Assembly (NCBI GenBank): GCA_045636385.1
Contig: JAZTXK010000048.1
Span: 1,954-65,953, forward strand
DNA length: 64,000 nt
Direction of reading: 5' to 3'
From: Eubacteriales bacterium
Lineage (GTDB): Bacteria; Bacillota; Clostridia; Oscillospirales; CAG-272
The stretch's first letter is position 1. Each line of letters begins with the position of its first letter. A program made the translations under genes and the position numbers. The notes beneath the pieces are model-generated. The model was not told where the DNA came from. It ran no database searches and worked only from the letters and a program-made list of their open reading frames with translations. Of the stretch, positions 24,909-33,276 are shown in pieces.

Positions 24909-26233
24909 AAAAGGATCAGAACAAACGACTCCTCGGCGCGATGGAGTTTATTGATGACAAGCTCATCGACCGCGCCGCAGAAAAGATCAAGGAGCGCCCC
25001 GTCGGCGCGCCCGCAGAAAAACCGAGCAAGAAGAAGGCGTTCCGTCAGCTCGCCTTGCTAGCCGCGTGCCTTTTGCTCCTCGGCGCGGCAGTACCGCTTG
25101 CGGTCAGGCTCGTTAATTACATCCCGAATATGTTAAATCCCGGCGGAATCGATGAAACGACCGAATCGAATATTCTCGATACTAACGAAACCGAACCGCC
25201 CGAGGTCGATGCGGTCCCCGAGGAATATTTCACAAACGGTTGGCTTTACTACTTATCGTCCGACTTCGAATACGAGGGCAAATGGATACACGTAACCAAA
25301 CTGCCGGGTACGGAAGTTCAAGCGATAGCAAGCTATGATCCCGTGACAAACACAACCTCGAGTATTTGTCTTAATTCGGCGTGCAATCACGTAACCGCGG
25401 ATTGCCCCGCTTGCATGGGGGGCTGGGATTTCAGATATATGAACATTATGGACGATTGGTGTGTGTACCAGATAGACGGTGAGCGCAAGTATAGCACCGA
25501 GGTTCGTATGTATAATATGAAGACCGGCGAATATCGAGTCATTTTTGAAGATACCGAAAACGGGAACGTTATAACCTATGCGTCAATAACCTTCGTAATG
25601 GACGGCAAGGTGTATTTAGGTATTTGGGATATAGACGACACGTCGAACACAAGGCGTAATTATATATCGTATTACGATCCCGAGACCGATAAGATCGAGC
25701 ATTTGCTTGACGTACCCGAGAATCTGAGTATGATAAACCTTTCCAATAAGCGTATCTTCTTCATTGAATCTCGCAAGTCGCTTCGCGAGCCCGCCACAGT
25801 CTGGTCATCCGATCATTCGGGCGGCAACCTCAAAAAAGAAGAGGTAGCGAATTTCGACTTCGTCCTCCTCAGCGGAACCTATGCGTATGAACCCGTTTTT
25901 GAGGATAATTACGGAAAGAACGGCTACAACCTGCGAGTTTACGATCTCGCGACAGATTCGATGCACGAGGTTGACCTTGGCGCACCGGTGCAAAGCTTTA
26001 TTCTGGCAGAGGGTAAGCTATACTACGTTCCGGAAGATAGCGGAAAGCTGTATCTTTCCGATGCACTCGGAAAGAATCCCGAGCTTGTAGTTGAATTTGA
26101 CAGTGCGACATTCCACCCCTATTACGTGCTCGGAGATTATATCATCTGCGGAGTCCGGAACCAAGACGGAGGCACGGCAATCAATATCAAAACCGGAGAG
26201 ATCAATCCGATCCCCGGCATAAGCTATCCCTAA
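24905..26233 (+). CDS. anti-sigma factor fused to an L-family extracytoplasmic domain (L5)
   Basis: N-terminal anti-sigma-like segment, one TM helix (LALLAACLLLLGAAVPLAV), then L-family blocks SSICLNSACNHVTADC, YNMKTGE, NLSNKRIFF, GTYAY, INIKTGEINPIP. Confidence 0.75.
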   Translation: MKKDQNKRLLGAMEFIDDKLIDRAAEKIKERPVGAPAEKPSKKKAFRQLALLAACLLLLGAAVPLAVRLVNYIPNMLNPGGIDETTESNILDTNETEPPEVDAVPEEYFTNGWLYYLSSDFEYEGKWIHVTKLPGTEVQAIASYDPVTNTTSSICLNSACNHVTADCPACMGGWDFRYMNIMDDWCVYQIDGERKYSTEVRMYNMKTGEYRVIFEDTENGNVITYASITFVMDGKVYLGIWDIDDTSNTRRNYISYYDPETDKIEHLLDVPENLSMINLSNKRIFFIESRKSLREPATVWSSDHSGGNLKKEEVANFDFVLLSGTYAYEPVFEDNYGKNGYNLRVYDLATDSMHEVDLGAPVQSFILAEGKLYYVPEDSGKLYLSDALGKNPELVVEFDSATFHPYYVLGDYIICGVRNQDGGTAINIKTGEINPIPGISYP

Positions 26234-26320
26234 ACCAAACAGCGCGGCGAACGTTGGAGCATTTTCCGACGTTCGCCGCGCTATTGATTATATTATCCAC
26301 CAAGTGTACGCTTGTCGTTA

Positions 26321-26431
26321 GTGGAGTACAGACTCCGCCACCCCTCATCCGGCGCTACGCGCCCCCTTCTCCCAAGGTCCGTGAGAAGGTGTCACGAAGT
26401 GACGGATGAGGGGTGGCGAAGTCTGCACTAC
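26321..26431. repeat. long imperfect palindrome between convergent genes
   Basis: Arms GTGGAGTACAGACTCCGCCACCCCTCATCCG and CGGATGAGGGGTGGCGAAGTCTGCACTAC enclose two small hairpins (CCTTCTC..GAGAAGG and GTCAC..GTGAC). Confidence 0.7.
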
Positions 26432-26437
26432 ATATTA

Positions 26438-27025
26438 TCAAATACACCCTATCGCAGACTGCAGACCTCGCACAATTTCCGAAAGCTCCATAGACGGTAC
26501 GCCTTCTTTGGCTTGCTCGGGGAGAAAAGGCACGTGGATGAAGCCGATCTTGATATCGGTGTCCTTATACCGATACAACAGCGAATAGAGCAGATCGTTG
26601 CAGACAAATGCTCCCGCGCTGAATGAGAGCGAGGCGGGCAGACCTTCCTCCTTGATCGCTTCGACCATCTCGCGGACGGGGAGCGTCGAGAAAATCCCGT
26701 CGGGCGCGCCCGCGCGTATCTTTTCGTTTTTCGGCATATTGCCCGCGTTGTCGGCAATCGACGCCTCGCGCAGATTGATCCCGATCACTTCGGGAGTGAT
26801 TCCGCGCCGTCCGCCCGCCTGACCGACACAAATGACGGCGGCGGGGCGTATTTCTTCGATCTTTTCGGTCATTATTTCAGCCGCGCGTCCGAAAACTGTG
26901 GGAAGTTCGATTTTGGTAAGCTCGTATTCGCCGATGACGTCGGGGAGAAGCTTGACCGCCTCGTATGAGGGATTTATCGCCTCGCCACCGAAGGGGTCGA
27001 AGCCGCTTATCAGTAATTTTTTCAT
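26438..27025 (-). CDS. pcp: pyroglutamyl-peptidase I
   Basis: MKKLLISGFDPFGGEAINPS, CVGQAGGR and FVCNDLLY signatures. Confidence 0.9.
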   Translation of the reverse strand: MKKLLISGFDPFGGEAINPSYEAVKLLPDVIGEYELTKIELPTVFGRAAEIMTEKIEEIRPAAVICVGQAGGRRGITPEVIGINLREASIADNAGNMPKNEKIRAGAPDGIFSTLPVREMVEAIKEEGLPASLSFSAGAFVCNDLLYSLLYRYKDTDIKIGFIHVPFLPEQAKEGVPSMELSEIVRGLQSAIGCI

Positions 27026-27669
27026 TTCCGTCTCCTGTATTCGCTCGGCGACACGCCGTATTTCTCCTTGAAAGCCGAGGTGAAACGGCTTGCGCTGTCA
27101 AATCCCACGGCGCGGGCGGCGTCGCTGACGCTCATATTTCCCTCGCGCAGAAGGATCTCGGCGCGCTCCATTCGGTGCTCCTTCGTGTGCGCCGCGATCG
27201 ACGAGCCGTATTCGTCCTTGAACGCCTTTTTGAGCGTGGTCGGGTTGATATGGAATTTCCGCGACAGCTCCTCGATAGTCACGCGCTCCGAGATATGCTC
27301 GAGCAGATAGTCATGGACTCGGCGCACGGTTTCTGCGGCGGTCGCGCCGCCCGCGCTTTCGGGACAGGCGATCTCGGTCACGCTCTCGACCGCCGTGTGC
27401 ATCGCGCGGCCGATCTCGTTGTCGGCGAGGCGGTAATAGACCTCCTTGCCGTCGCGGTGCGAGACGATCAGACCGCATTCGCGCAGGACGCGCAGATGGT
27501 GTGCCGCTGCGGGCGCGGATATGCCGAGCCGTTCGGCAAGATGCGTGCCGCATTCCTCGCCGTGGCAGAGGATCCAGAATATTTTTATCCGAGTGCCGTC
27601 GCCGAGCATCTTGAAAAACTCTGCGGCGGCTTCGAAATTTCCGATTTCGTTATGGTGATGCGTCGCCAT
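27022..27669 (-). CDS. dual-HTH regulator: ArsR/SmtB-type N-domain fused to AraC-type C-domain
   Basis: FKMLGDGTRIKIFWILCHGEECGTHLAERLGISAPAAAHHLRVLRECGL is ArsR-like. The C-terminal HTH_18-like part is GSSIAAHTKEHRMERAEILL...FDSASRFTSAFKEKYGVSPSEYRR. Overlaps pcp by 4 nt. Confidence 0.75.
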   Translation of the reverse strand: MATHHHNEIGNFEAAAEFFKMLGDGTRIKIFWILCHGEECGTHLAERLGISAPAAAHHLRVLRECGLIVSHRDGKEVYYRLADNEIGRAMHTAVESVTEIACPESAGGATAAETVRRVHDYLLEHISERVTIEELSRKFHINPTTLKKAFKDEYGSSIAAHTKEHRMERAEILLREGNMSVSDAARAVGFDSASRFTSAFKEKYGVSPSEYRRRK

Positions 27670-27799
27670 TTCTTTCTCCTTTTTGGTAAGAAAATCTGCC
27701 TTTTCAGTCGCTTTCTGCAGAAAAGAGTTGATTTTTTGTTATATAAACAGTATAATACTTTCAGAACGATTAAACAAGTGTTTAATTGTAAATAAAGCT

Positions 27800-27946
27800 C
27801 AATTGTAAAACTTCGTTTTACAATTGAAAGACGCGCGCTTATCGCCGCTTGACAAAATCGGAGATTTTGTCAGCTCCCCTCGGCGCGCGGACTCGCTCGG
27901 CTCGTCTAAGCGGTGTTTTTTCGGCGGCAAAGCCACCGAAAAACCG
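27800..27946 (+). repeat. structured intergenic repeat, copy B (upstream of HMA/ATPase genes)
   Basis: Aligns with the reverse complement of 22398-22558. The hairpins are retained with compensatory substitutions in the second stem. Confidence 0.8.
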
Positions 27947-27982
27947 GATCATATTAATAATCAATAAAAGGAGAAATACATA

Positions 27983-28201
27983 ATGAAAAAGATCTATAAA
28001 ATCGAGGTTGACTGCGCGCATTGTGCCGCAAAGGCGGAGGACGCCGCAAAGAAGGTTGCGGGTGTTGCCGACCTCTCTATCAACTTTATGACGCAGAAGA
28101 TGAGCGTAGAATTCGCCGAGGGCGCGGACGAGAAGAAGGTGCTTGGTGAGATCCTCAAGACCTGCCGCAAGGTCGAGCGTCATTTTGCGATCGAGGCGTG
28201 A
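27983..28201 (+). CDS. heavy-metal-associated (HMA) domain protein
   Basis: 72 aa with a CAHC metal-binding motif in a KIEVDCAHCAAKAEDAAKKV context. Its TGA overlaps the ATPase ATG. Confidence 0.8.
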   Translation: MKKIYKIEVDCAHCAAKAEDAAKKVAGVADLSINFMTQKMSVEFAEGADEKKVLGEILKTCRKVERHFAIEA

Positions 28202-30039
28202 TGAAAAGACGGCACAAGATAATGCTCGCGCGGATAACTCTCTCCGCCGCGAGCACACTTTTGCTTAATATTTTGCCGCTCGAGGGCGTTTTGCGCCTCG
28301 CGCTTTTCACCGCGGTTTATCTGCTGATCGGCTACGATATTCTTTGGGAAGCGCTCCGCGGAATTTGGAACCGCCAATTTCTCGATGAAAATTTCCTTAT
28401 GGCGATAGCCACCGTCGGCGCATTCGCGCTCGCCGTCTACACGAAAAGCGGCGACTACAACGAGGCGGTCGCGGTTATGCTCTTTTACCAGACGGGCGAG
28501 CTTTTTCAGTCGATCGCGGTCGGCAAGAGCCGCAAGAGCATCGCCGAGCTGATGGATATCCGCCCCGATCTGGCGCGGGTTGAGCGCGAGGGCGAGCTCA
28601 TTGAGCTTGACCCCACGGAAGTCGCGCTTGGAGAGATCACCGTCGTGCGCCCCGGTGAGCGCATACCGATCGACGGCGTGATAATCGAGGGCGACGGCGC
28701 GGTCGATACCTCGGCGCTGACGGGCGAGAGCGTACCGCGCGAGGTTTCGGCGGGCGATTCCGTCGTCAGCGGTTGCGTGAACCTCACGGGACTTCTCCGC
28801 ATTCGCACCGAAAAGGAATTTGCCGAATCAACCGTTTCGCGCATCCTCGAGCTCGTTGAAAACGCAAGCTCGCGCAAGTCGCGTTCGGAAAAATTCATAT
28901 CGAAATTCGCGCGCGTTTATACTCCCGCTGTCTGCGCGTCGGCACTCGCACTTGCCGTCATTCCGCCCCTTTGCGGGCTTGGCGAATGGTCGGTCTGGCT
29001 CTACCGCGCGCTTACCTTCCTCGTCATCAGCTGCCCATGCGCCCTCGTCATCAGCATTCCGCTGACCTTTTTCGCGGGCATCGGAGGCGCGAGCCGCGAG
29101 GGAATACTCGTCAAGGGCTCGAATTATCTCGAAGCACTCGCAGAGGTCAAGGTCATCGCCCTCGACAAGACGGGAACTCTGACTCGCGGTGTCTTTGAAG
29201 TAACCGAAATTATTGAAAATAAGATTCCGAAAGAAAAACTGATCGAGATCGCCGCGCACGCAGAGGCTGCGTCCACGCATCCGATCGCGAAAAGCATCGT
29301 TTCGTCCTACAGCGGCGTAATCGACGCGCGACGCGTTACAAATATCCGCGAGGTCGGCGGTCTTGGCATTACCTGCGAGGTTGACGGCATTCCCGTTGCC
29401 GTCGGAAACCGAAAGCTGACCGAAAACGCACCCGAATATTCGGGCGCATCGACGGCGGTTTACGTGTCGGTCGGCTCGGAATTTGCGGGGATCATACTCG
29501 TTGCCGACGCCGTAAAGGACGAATCTCGCGATGCGATCGCCGAGCTTAAAAGGATCGGCATCGAAAAATGCGTGATGCTGACTGGCGACGGCGAGGCGGT
29601 CGCCCGGGAAGTTGCCGAAAAGCTCGGCATCCCCGAATACCGCGCCGCACTTCTGCCCGCCGACAAGATCGACGAGGTCGAAGCGCTCCTTTCGGAAAAG
29701 ACCAAGCTCGCCTTCGTTGGCGACGGCATCAACGATGCGCCCGTCCTCGCGCGCGCCGACGTCGGAATCGCGATGGGCGCGATGGGCTCGGATGCCGCTA
29801 TCGAGGCGGCGGACGTCGTGCTGATGAAGGACGATCCGCGCGATATCAGCAAGGCGATCGCGATCTCGCGCAAATGCATTTCTATCGTAAAACAAAATAT
29901 AATCTTCTCACTCGCTGTCAAATTCGGCTGCCTCGCGCTCGTCGCCGCGGGATTTGCCGATATGTGGCTCGGCATCTTCGCAGACGTCGGCGTAATGGTG
30001 CTGGCGGTGCTGAATGCTATCAGAGCGATGAGAGAATAA
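28201..30039 (+). CDS. heavy-metal (Cd/Zn/Co-type) translocating P1B-type ATPase
   Basis: CPC motif (SCPCALVIS), DKTGTLT phosphorylation site, GDGINDAP hinge. Confidence 0.9.
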   Translation: MKRRHKIMLARITLSAASTLLLNILPLEGVLRLALFTAVYLLIGYDILWEALRGIWNRQFLDENFLMAIATVGAFALAVYTKSGDYNEAVAVMLFYQTGELFQSIAVGKSRKSIAELMDIRPDLARVEREGELIELDPTEVALGEITVVRPGERIPIDGVIIEGDGAVDTSALTGESVPREVSAGDSVVSGCVNLTGLLRIRTEKEFAESTVSRILELVENASSRKSRSEKFISKFARVYTPAVCASALALAVIPPLCGLGEWSVWLYRALTFLVISCPCALVISIPLTFFAGIGGASREGILVKGSNYLEALAEVKVIALDKTGTLTRGVFEVTEIIENKIPKEKLIEIAAHAEAASTHPIAKSIVSSYSGVIDARRVTNIREVGGLGITCEVDGIPVAVGNRKLTENAPEYSGASTAVYVSVGSEFAGIILVADAVKDESRDAIAELKRIGIEKCVMLTGDGEAVAREVAEKLGIPEYRAALLPADKIDEVEALLSEKTKLAFVGDGINDAPVLARADVGIAMGAMGSDAAIEAADVVLMKDDPRDISKAIAISRKCISIVKQNIIFSLAVKFGCLALVAAGFADMWLGIFADVGVMVLAVLNAIRAMRE

Positions 30040-30042
30040 TTT

Positions 30043-30069
30043 AAGCCGAGCGCAAATTGCGCTCGGCTT
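30043..30069. terminator. bidirectional terminator hairpin
   Basis: Perfect 13-bp palindrome AAGCCGAGCGCAA/TTGCGCTCGGCTT followed by a T-run, between convergent genes. Confidence 0.65.
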
Positions 30070-30076
30070 TTGTATT

Positions 30077-31327
30077 TTATTTGCCTGTTAATCTGATAAC
30101 TCCGTCGGTGCAGTTTACCGTCACGAGCCAGCTGTTGCTCTTCCAACTTTCAGCCTTTTCGATTGCGTTCCATTCCGCCACCGTGCCCGCGAAATTGATC
30201 ACGGCTTCACCGTTTTGGTAAAGGAAAGCAAATGAGCATTCGTCTATTTTCTCAAGAGCGGGGCTCAGGTTGATCGTCAAAGACGTGCAGCCATGAAATG
30301 CGTGGGTATCGATATACGTGACGTTTTCACTGCCCTTTACCTCTTTGAGAGAGGTGCAAGCCATGAACATTGAGGGCTCTATCACAGAATAACCGTTCAG
30401 ATCAACACACTCGAGATTTGTGCAATTCGAGAAGGTAGAACCAAAGTTCTTTTCAAGCGTGCTCGGCAGACGGAGATTTTTAAGTCCGAGACAAAAGCTG
30501 AACGCGCCGGGCTCGATCGTTTTGATTCCCTCGGGCAAGTAGGTTGCGGTGAATTCTACGGCATTATAAAACGCGCTCGCCCCGATTATCTCAATACTTC
30601 CATTATCGGGAATGACGGAGGTATTGCATCCCCATACAAGTCGCTTGCTTCTGAGATCAATAAGGCAGTTCCCCTCGTCCGAATAATACTTGTTTTCGGG
30701 AGACACTTCGATGCTTACTACCTTCGATGGATAAATCATCATTGGATTCTGGAAGCCTTCAACCGATGCGCCGATATAAACGCGCTCGAGATTCGGACAT
30801 TCGTCTATGATCGCTCCAAGAACACGCTTTACGGTATCCGAAATGGTTATGCTCTTTGCATATTCGTTCCCGTAAGCAAAGTCATTGTAATGATGATTGT
30901 CATTATAATAAGGCTGATTTCTCATTTCGACGACGGGCAGACCGTTATAATGCGAGGCAATAACGATGTCCTCGTCTGTGCACGTACCAAAGCCGACGAA
31001 GGACGCGGTCTCGCCGTCATCATTGACCTTATAGAGCAGTCCGCGGCTTCCGTCGTATTCGGGGGCAGATTGGACTTCTTCGTTGCCGCCGAAAACTCCG
31101 GGTATAACTGCGCTGAACTCGGTAACGACGGTATTCGTTATCGGTATCGCGAGCATAAGAAGCACAAGGCAAGCCGCAACAGCCGCCGCTATCACAAAAA
31201 GGTTCATCCTCTTACGGTAACTCGGCATCGAGGCGGGCTTTTCGCCGTAATATTCCATCGCTTCGCTGACGTAGCGCGCATCGATACGGTCAAGCGCTTC
31301 GGTCAATTTTTCGTTTTGTTTACTCAT
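30077..31327 (-). CDS. anti-sigma factor candidate with BspA-type leucine-rich-repeat ectodomain
   Basis: N-terminus LTEALDRIDARYVSEAMEY, one TM helix (LFVIAAAVAACLVLLMLAI), then repeated IGASAF/IEPGAFSFC/IEPSMFMAC/IDTHAFHGC/IDECSFAF LRR_5-like units. Overlaps the sigma gene end by 4 nt. Confidence 0.7.
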   Translation of the reverse strand: MSKQNEKLTEALDRIDARYVSEAMEYYGEKPASMPSYRKRMNLFVIAAAVAACLVLLMLAIPITNTVVTEFSAVIPGVFGGNEEVQSAPEYDGSRGLLYKVNDDGETASFVGFGTCTDEDIVIASHYNGLPVVEMRNQPYYNDNHHYNDFAYGNEYAKSITISDTVKRVLGAIIDECPNLERVYIGASVEGFQNPMMIYPSKVVSIEVSPENKYYSDEGNCLIDLRSKRLVWGCNTSVIPDNGSIEIIGASAFYNAVEFTATYLPEGIKTIEPGAFSFCLGLKNLRLPSTLEKNFGSTFSNCTNLECVDLNGYSVIEPSMFMACTSLKEVKGSENVTYIDTHAFHGCTSLTINLSPALEKIDECSFAFLYQNGEAVINFAGTVAEWNAIEKAESWKSNSWLVTVNCTDGVIRLTGK

Positions 31328-31881
31328 AGCAAAATTCCTTCCTTTCTGAGTTCCTCTCCCAGCCGCCGTCTCATTCGCATAAGCAGCATCTTGATCTTAC
31401 CCTCGGAAAAACCGGTTCGGGCAGAGATATCTTTAACACTCTCCATAAGATAATAGCGCATAACAAAAACGGCGCGGTCTTCCTTTGCCTGCGAGTTGAG
31501 GAATCGGTTTATGACCTCTCCCGCAAGCGTTGATTCGTATTCTTCGGCGAGGGTGGCATTGTCGGCAAGATCGAAGATCAGCTCGTCGCTGATCACCTAC
31601 ACGTTGCCTCCGCGCTTCCCTGCGGCATCCCGACGAAGTCTGTCTATCGCGCGGCTCCGGATTATCGCAGCGATATAAGCCTTCAGGTCGAGGGGGCGTT
31701 CCGGCGGAATACGGCGCCAAAGCTCGAGAAGCGTGTCATTGAAGCACTCCTCACGGTCCTCACGCCGGGAAAGGAAGTTTTCGGCAAGGTGCATGCAAAG
31801 CTTGCCGTACTTTTTCGTTACCTCGGAAAGACACGCCTCGTCGCGGGCAAAAAAGAGTTCGATAATTCTGTTGTCGTCCAT
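31324..31881 (-). pseudogene. ECF-type sigma factor (module 4) interrupted by one in-frame TAG
   Basis: ORFs 31597-31881 and 31324-31596 are in the same frame, separated only by TAG (31597-31599). Together they align end to end with the 185-aa sigma at 24351-24908. Confidence 0.7.
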
Positions 31882-32019
31882 TGTTTTTGCCTCCTTTCAT
31901 CCTATAAGACGAATTCTTCGCGCCACAGGTAACGGAATTTTGCAATTTTATTATAACATAACACAAATTTTTTGTCAATAAACAAAAAACTGCCGACCCC
32001 GCGGGGTCGGCAAAGGTTT

Positions 32020-33267
32020 TTAATGTCTCTTTCTCACAACCGCAAAGGCTTCCTCGGCGATATCGACGGTCTCGGCGATATCGGCATCGGTGAGGGCGGC
32101 GTTGATGAAGTGGTTGTGGTGGTTGGTGAAGAATACTCCGCGCTTTACGCACTCGGCGATCCACTCCTGATGGAGCATCAGCGTGGGGTCGTCGGCTATG
32201 CGGAGATAGAAGAGCGAGGGCGCGCCCGTGACGCGAAGGTCGAAGCCGTTGCGCTCGCCCGCGGCGATGAGTCCCGATTTCAGCTTTTCGCCCTTCTCGA
32301 TGAGGGTGCGCGGCATATCGAGGCGCTTCATCTTGTTGATACAAGCGATTCCCGCGGCGAACGGGACGGCGGAGAGCCAATAGCTGCCCGTGTAGGACAT
32401 ACCCGAAACGGTGTTTTTGAGGAAATTCTTGCCGCAGAGTGCGGAGACGTTATATCCGTTTGCAAGTGCCTTGCAGAAGCAGATGAGATCCGCTTCAAAG
32501 CCGAAATAGTGATCCGAGCCCGCGATATCGAGTCGGAATCCCGCGCGGACATCGTCAACGACGAGAACCGTGCCGTTTTCGGTGCACATTTTGCGCACCT
32601 CCTGCCAGAATCCTTCGGCGGGCATCACGTTATCCATAAAGTTGCCGTGCATATAGGGCTGTGAGATGACGGCAGCGATCTGTCCCTCGTTTTCCTTGAA
32701 GACACGGCGCAGTCCGTCGAGATCGTTCCAATTGACGTAGATATTGTGCATTACGTCCTCTTCGATGACGCCCGCGTAGTCGATCTTCTGTGTCCAGGGC
32801 GCGACGCCGTGGTAATATCCCTTGAAAAAGACGATCTTTTTGCGATGTGTATACGCTCTCGCGGTCATGACGGCGAGGGTGGTAACGTCGTTTCCGTTCT
32901 TCGCGAAGAACGCCCAATCGGCACTTGCGACGGTATCGACAAGCAATTCCGCAAACTCCACCATCTTGGTCGAGGGGAGGGTGGTGCAGTCGCCGAGTGC
33001 TCTCTGCTCTGCCGCCGCGGCATCGACGTCGGGATCATTGTAGCCGAGAACGTTCGGACCGTAAGCGCACATATAGTCGATAAAGCGGTTGCCGTCAAGG
33101 TCCCAGACGTATGTTCCCTCTGCCTTCGAGGAGAAGAAGGGGAATGCTTCGACGGGAGTGTAGCATCCCTCGGCGGGGCCGAGATGACCGTAGATGCCCG
33201 AGGGAATGACCTTCATCGCGCGGGCAAACGCCTCGCGGCTTTTATCGTAAGTATAAGTTTCTCTCAT
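32020..33267 (-). CDS. class-III (GSA-aminomutase-like) PLP-dependent aminotransferase
   Basis: N-terminus SREAFARAMKVIPSGI..., GYYHG, and a D..CFCKALANGY lysine motif. Confidence 0.75.
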   Translation of the reverse strand: MRETYTYDKSREAFARAMKVIPSGIYGHLGPAEGCYTPVEAFPFFSSKAEGTYVWDLDGNRFIDYMCAYGPNVLGYNDPDVDAAAAEQRALGDCTTLPSTKMVEFAELLVDTVASADWAFFAKNGNDVTTLAVMTARAYTHRKKIVFFKGYYHGVAPWTQKIDYAGVIEEDVMHNIYVNWNDLDGLRRVFKENEGQIAAVISQPYMHGNFMDNVMPAEGFWQEVRKMCTENGTVLVVDDVRAGFRLDIAGSDHYFGFEADLICFCKALANGYNVSALCGKNFLKNTVSGMSYTGSYWLSAVPFAAGIACINKMKRLDMPRTLIEKGEKLKSGLIAAGERNGFDLRVTGAPSLFYLRIADDPTLMLHQEWIAECVKRGVFFTNHHNHFINAALTDADIAETVDIAEEAFAVVRKRH

Positions 33268-33276
33268 AATTTCACC

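Noticed and set aside
28828-29895. 355-aa minus-strand ORF, plus several 60-230 aa ORFs over 28.5-30.1 kb
   Set aside because: All overlap the P-type ATPase gene, whose CPC, DKTGT and GDGINDAP motifs establish the coding frame.
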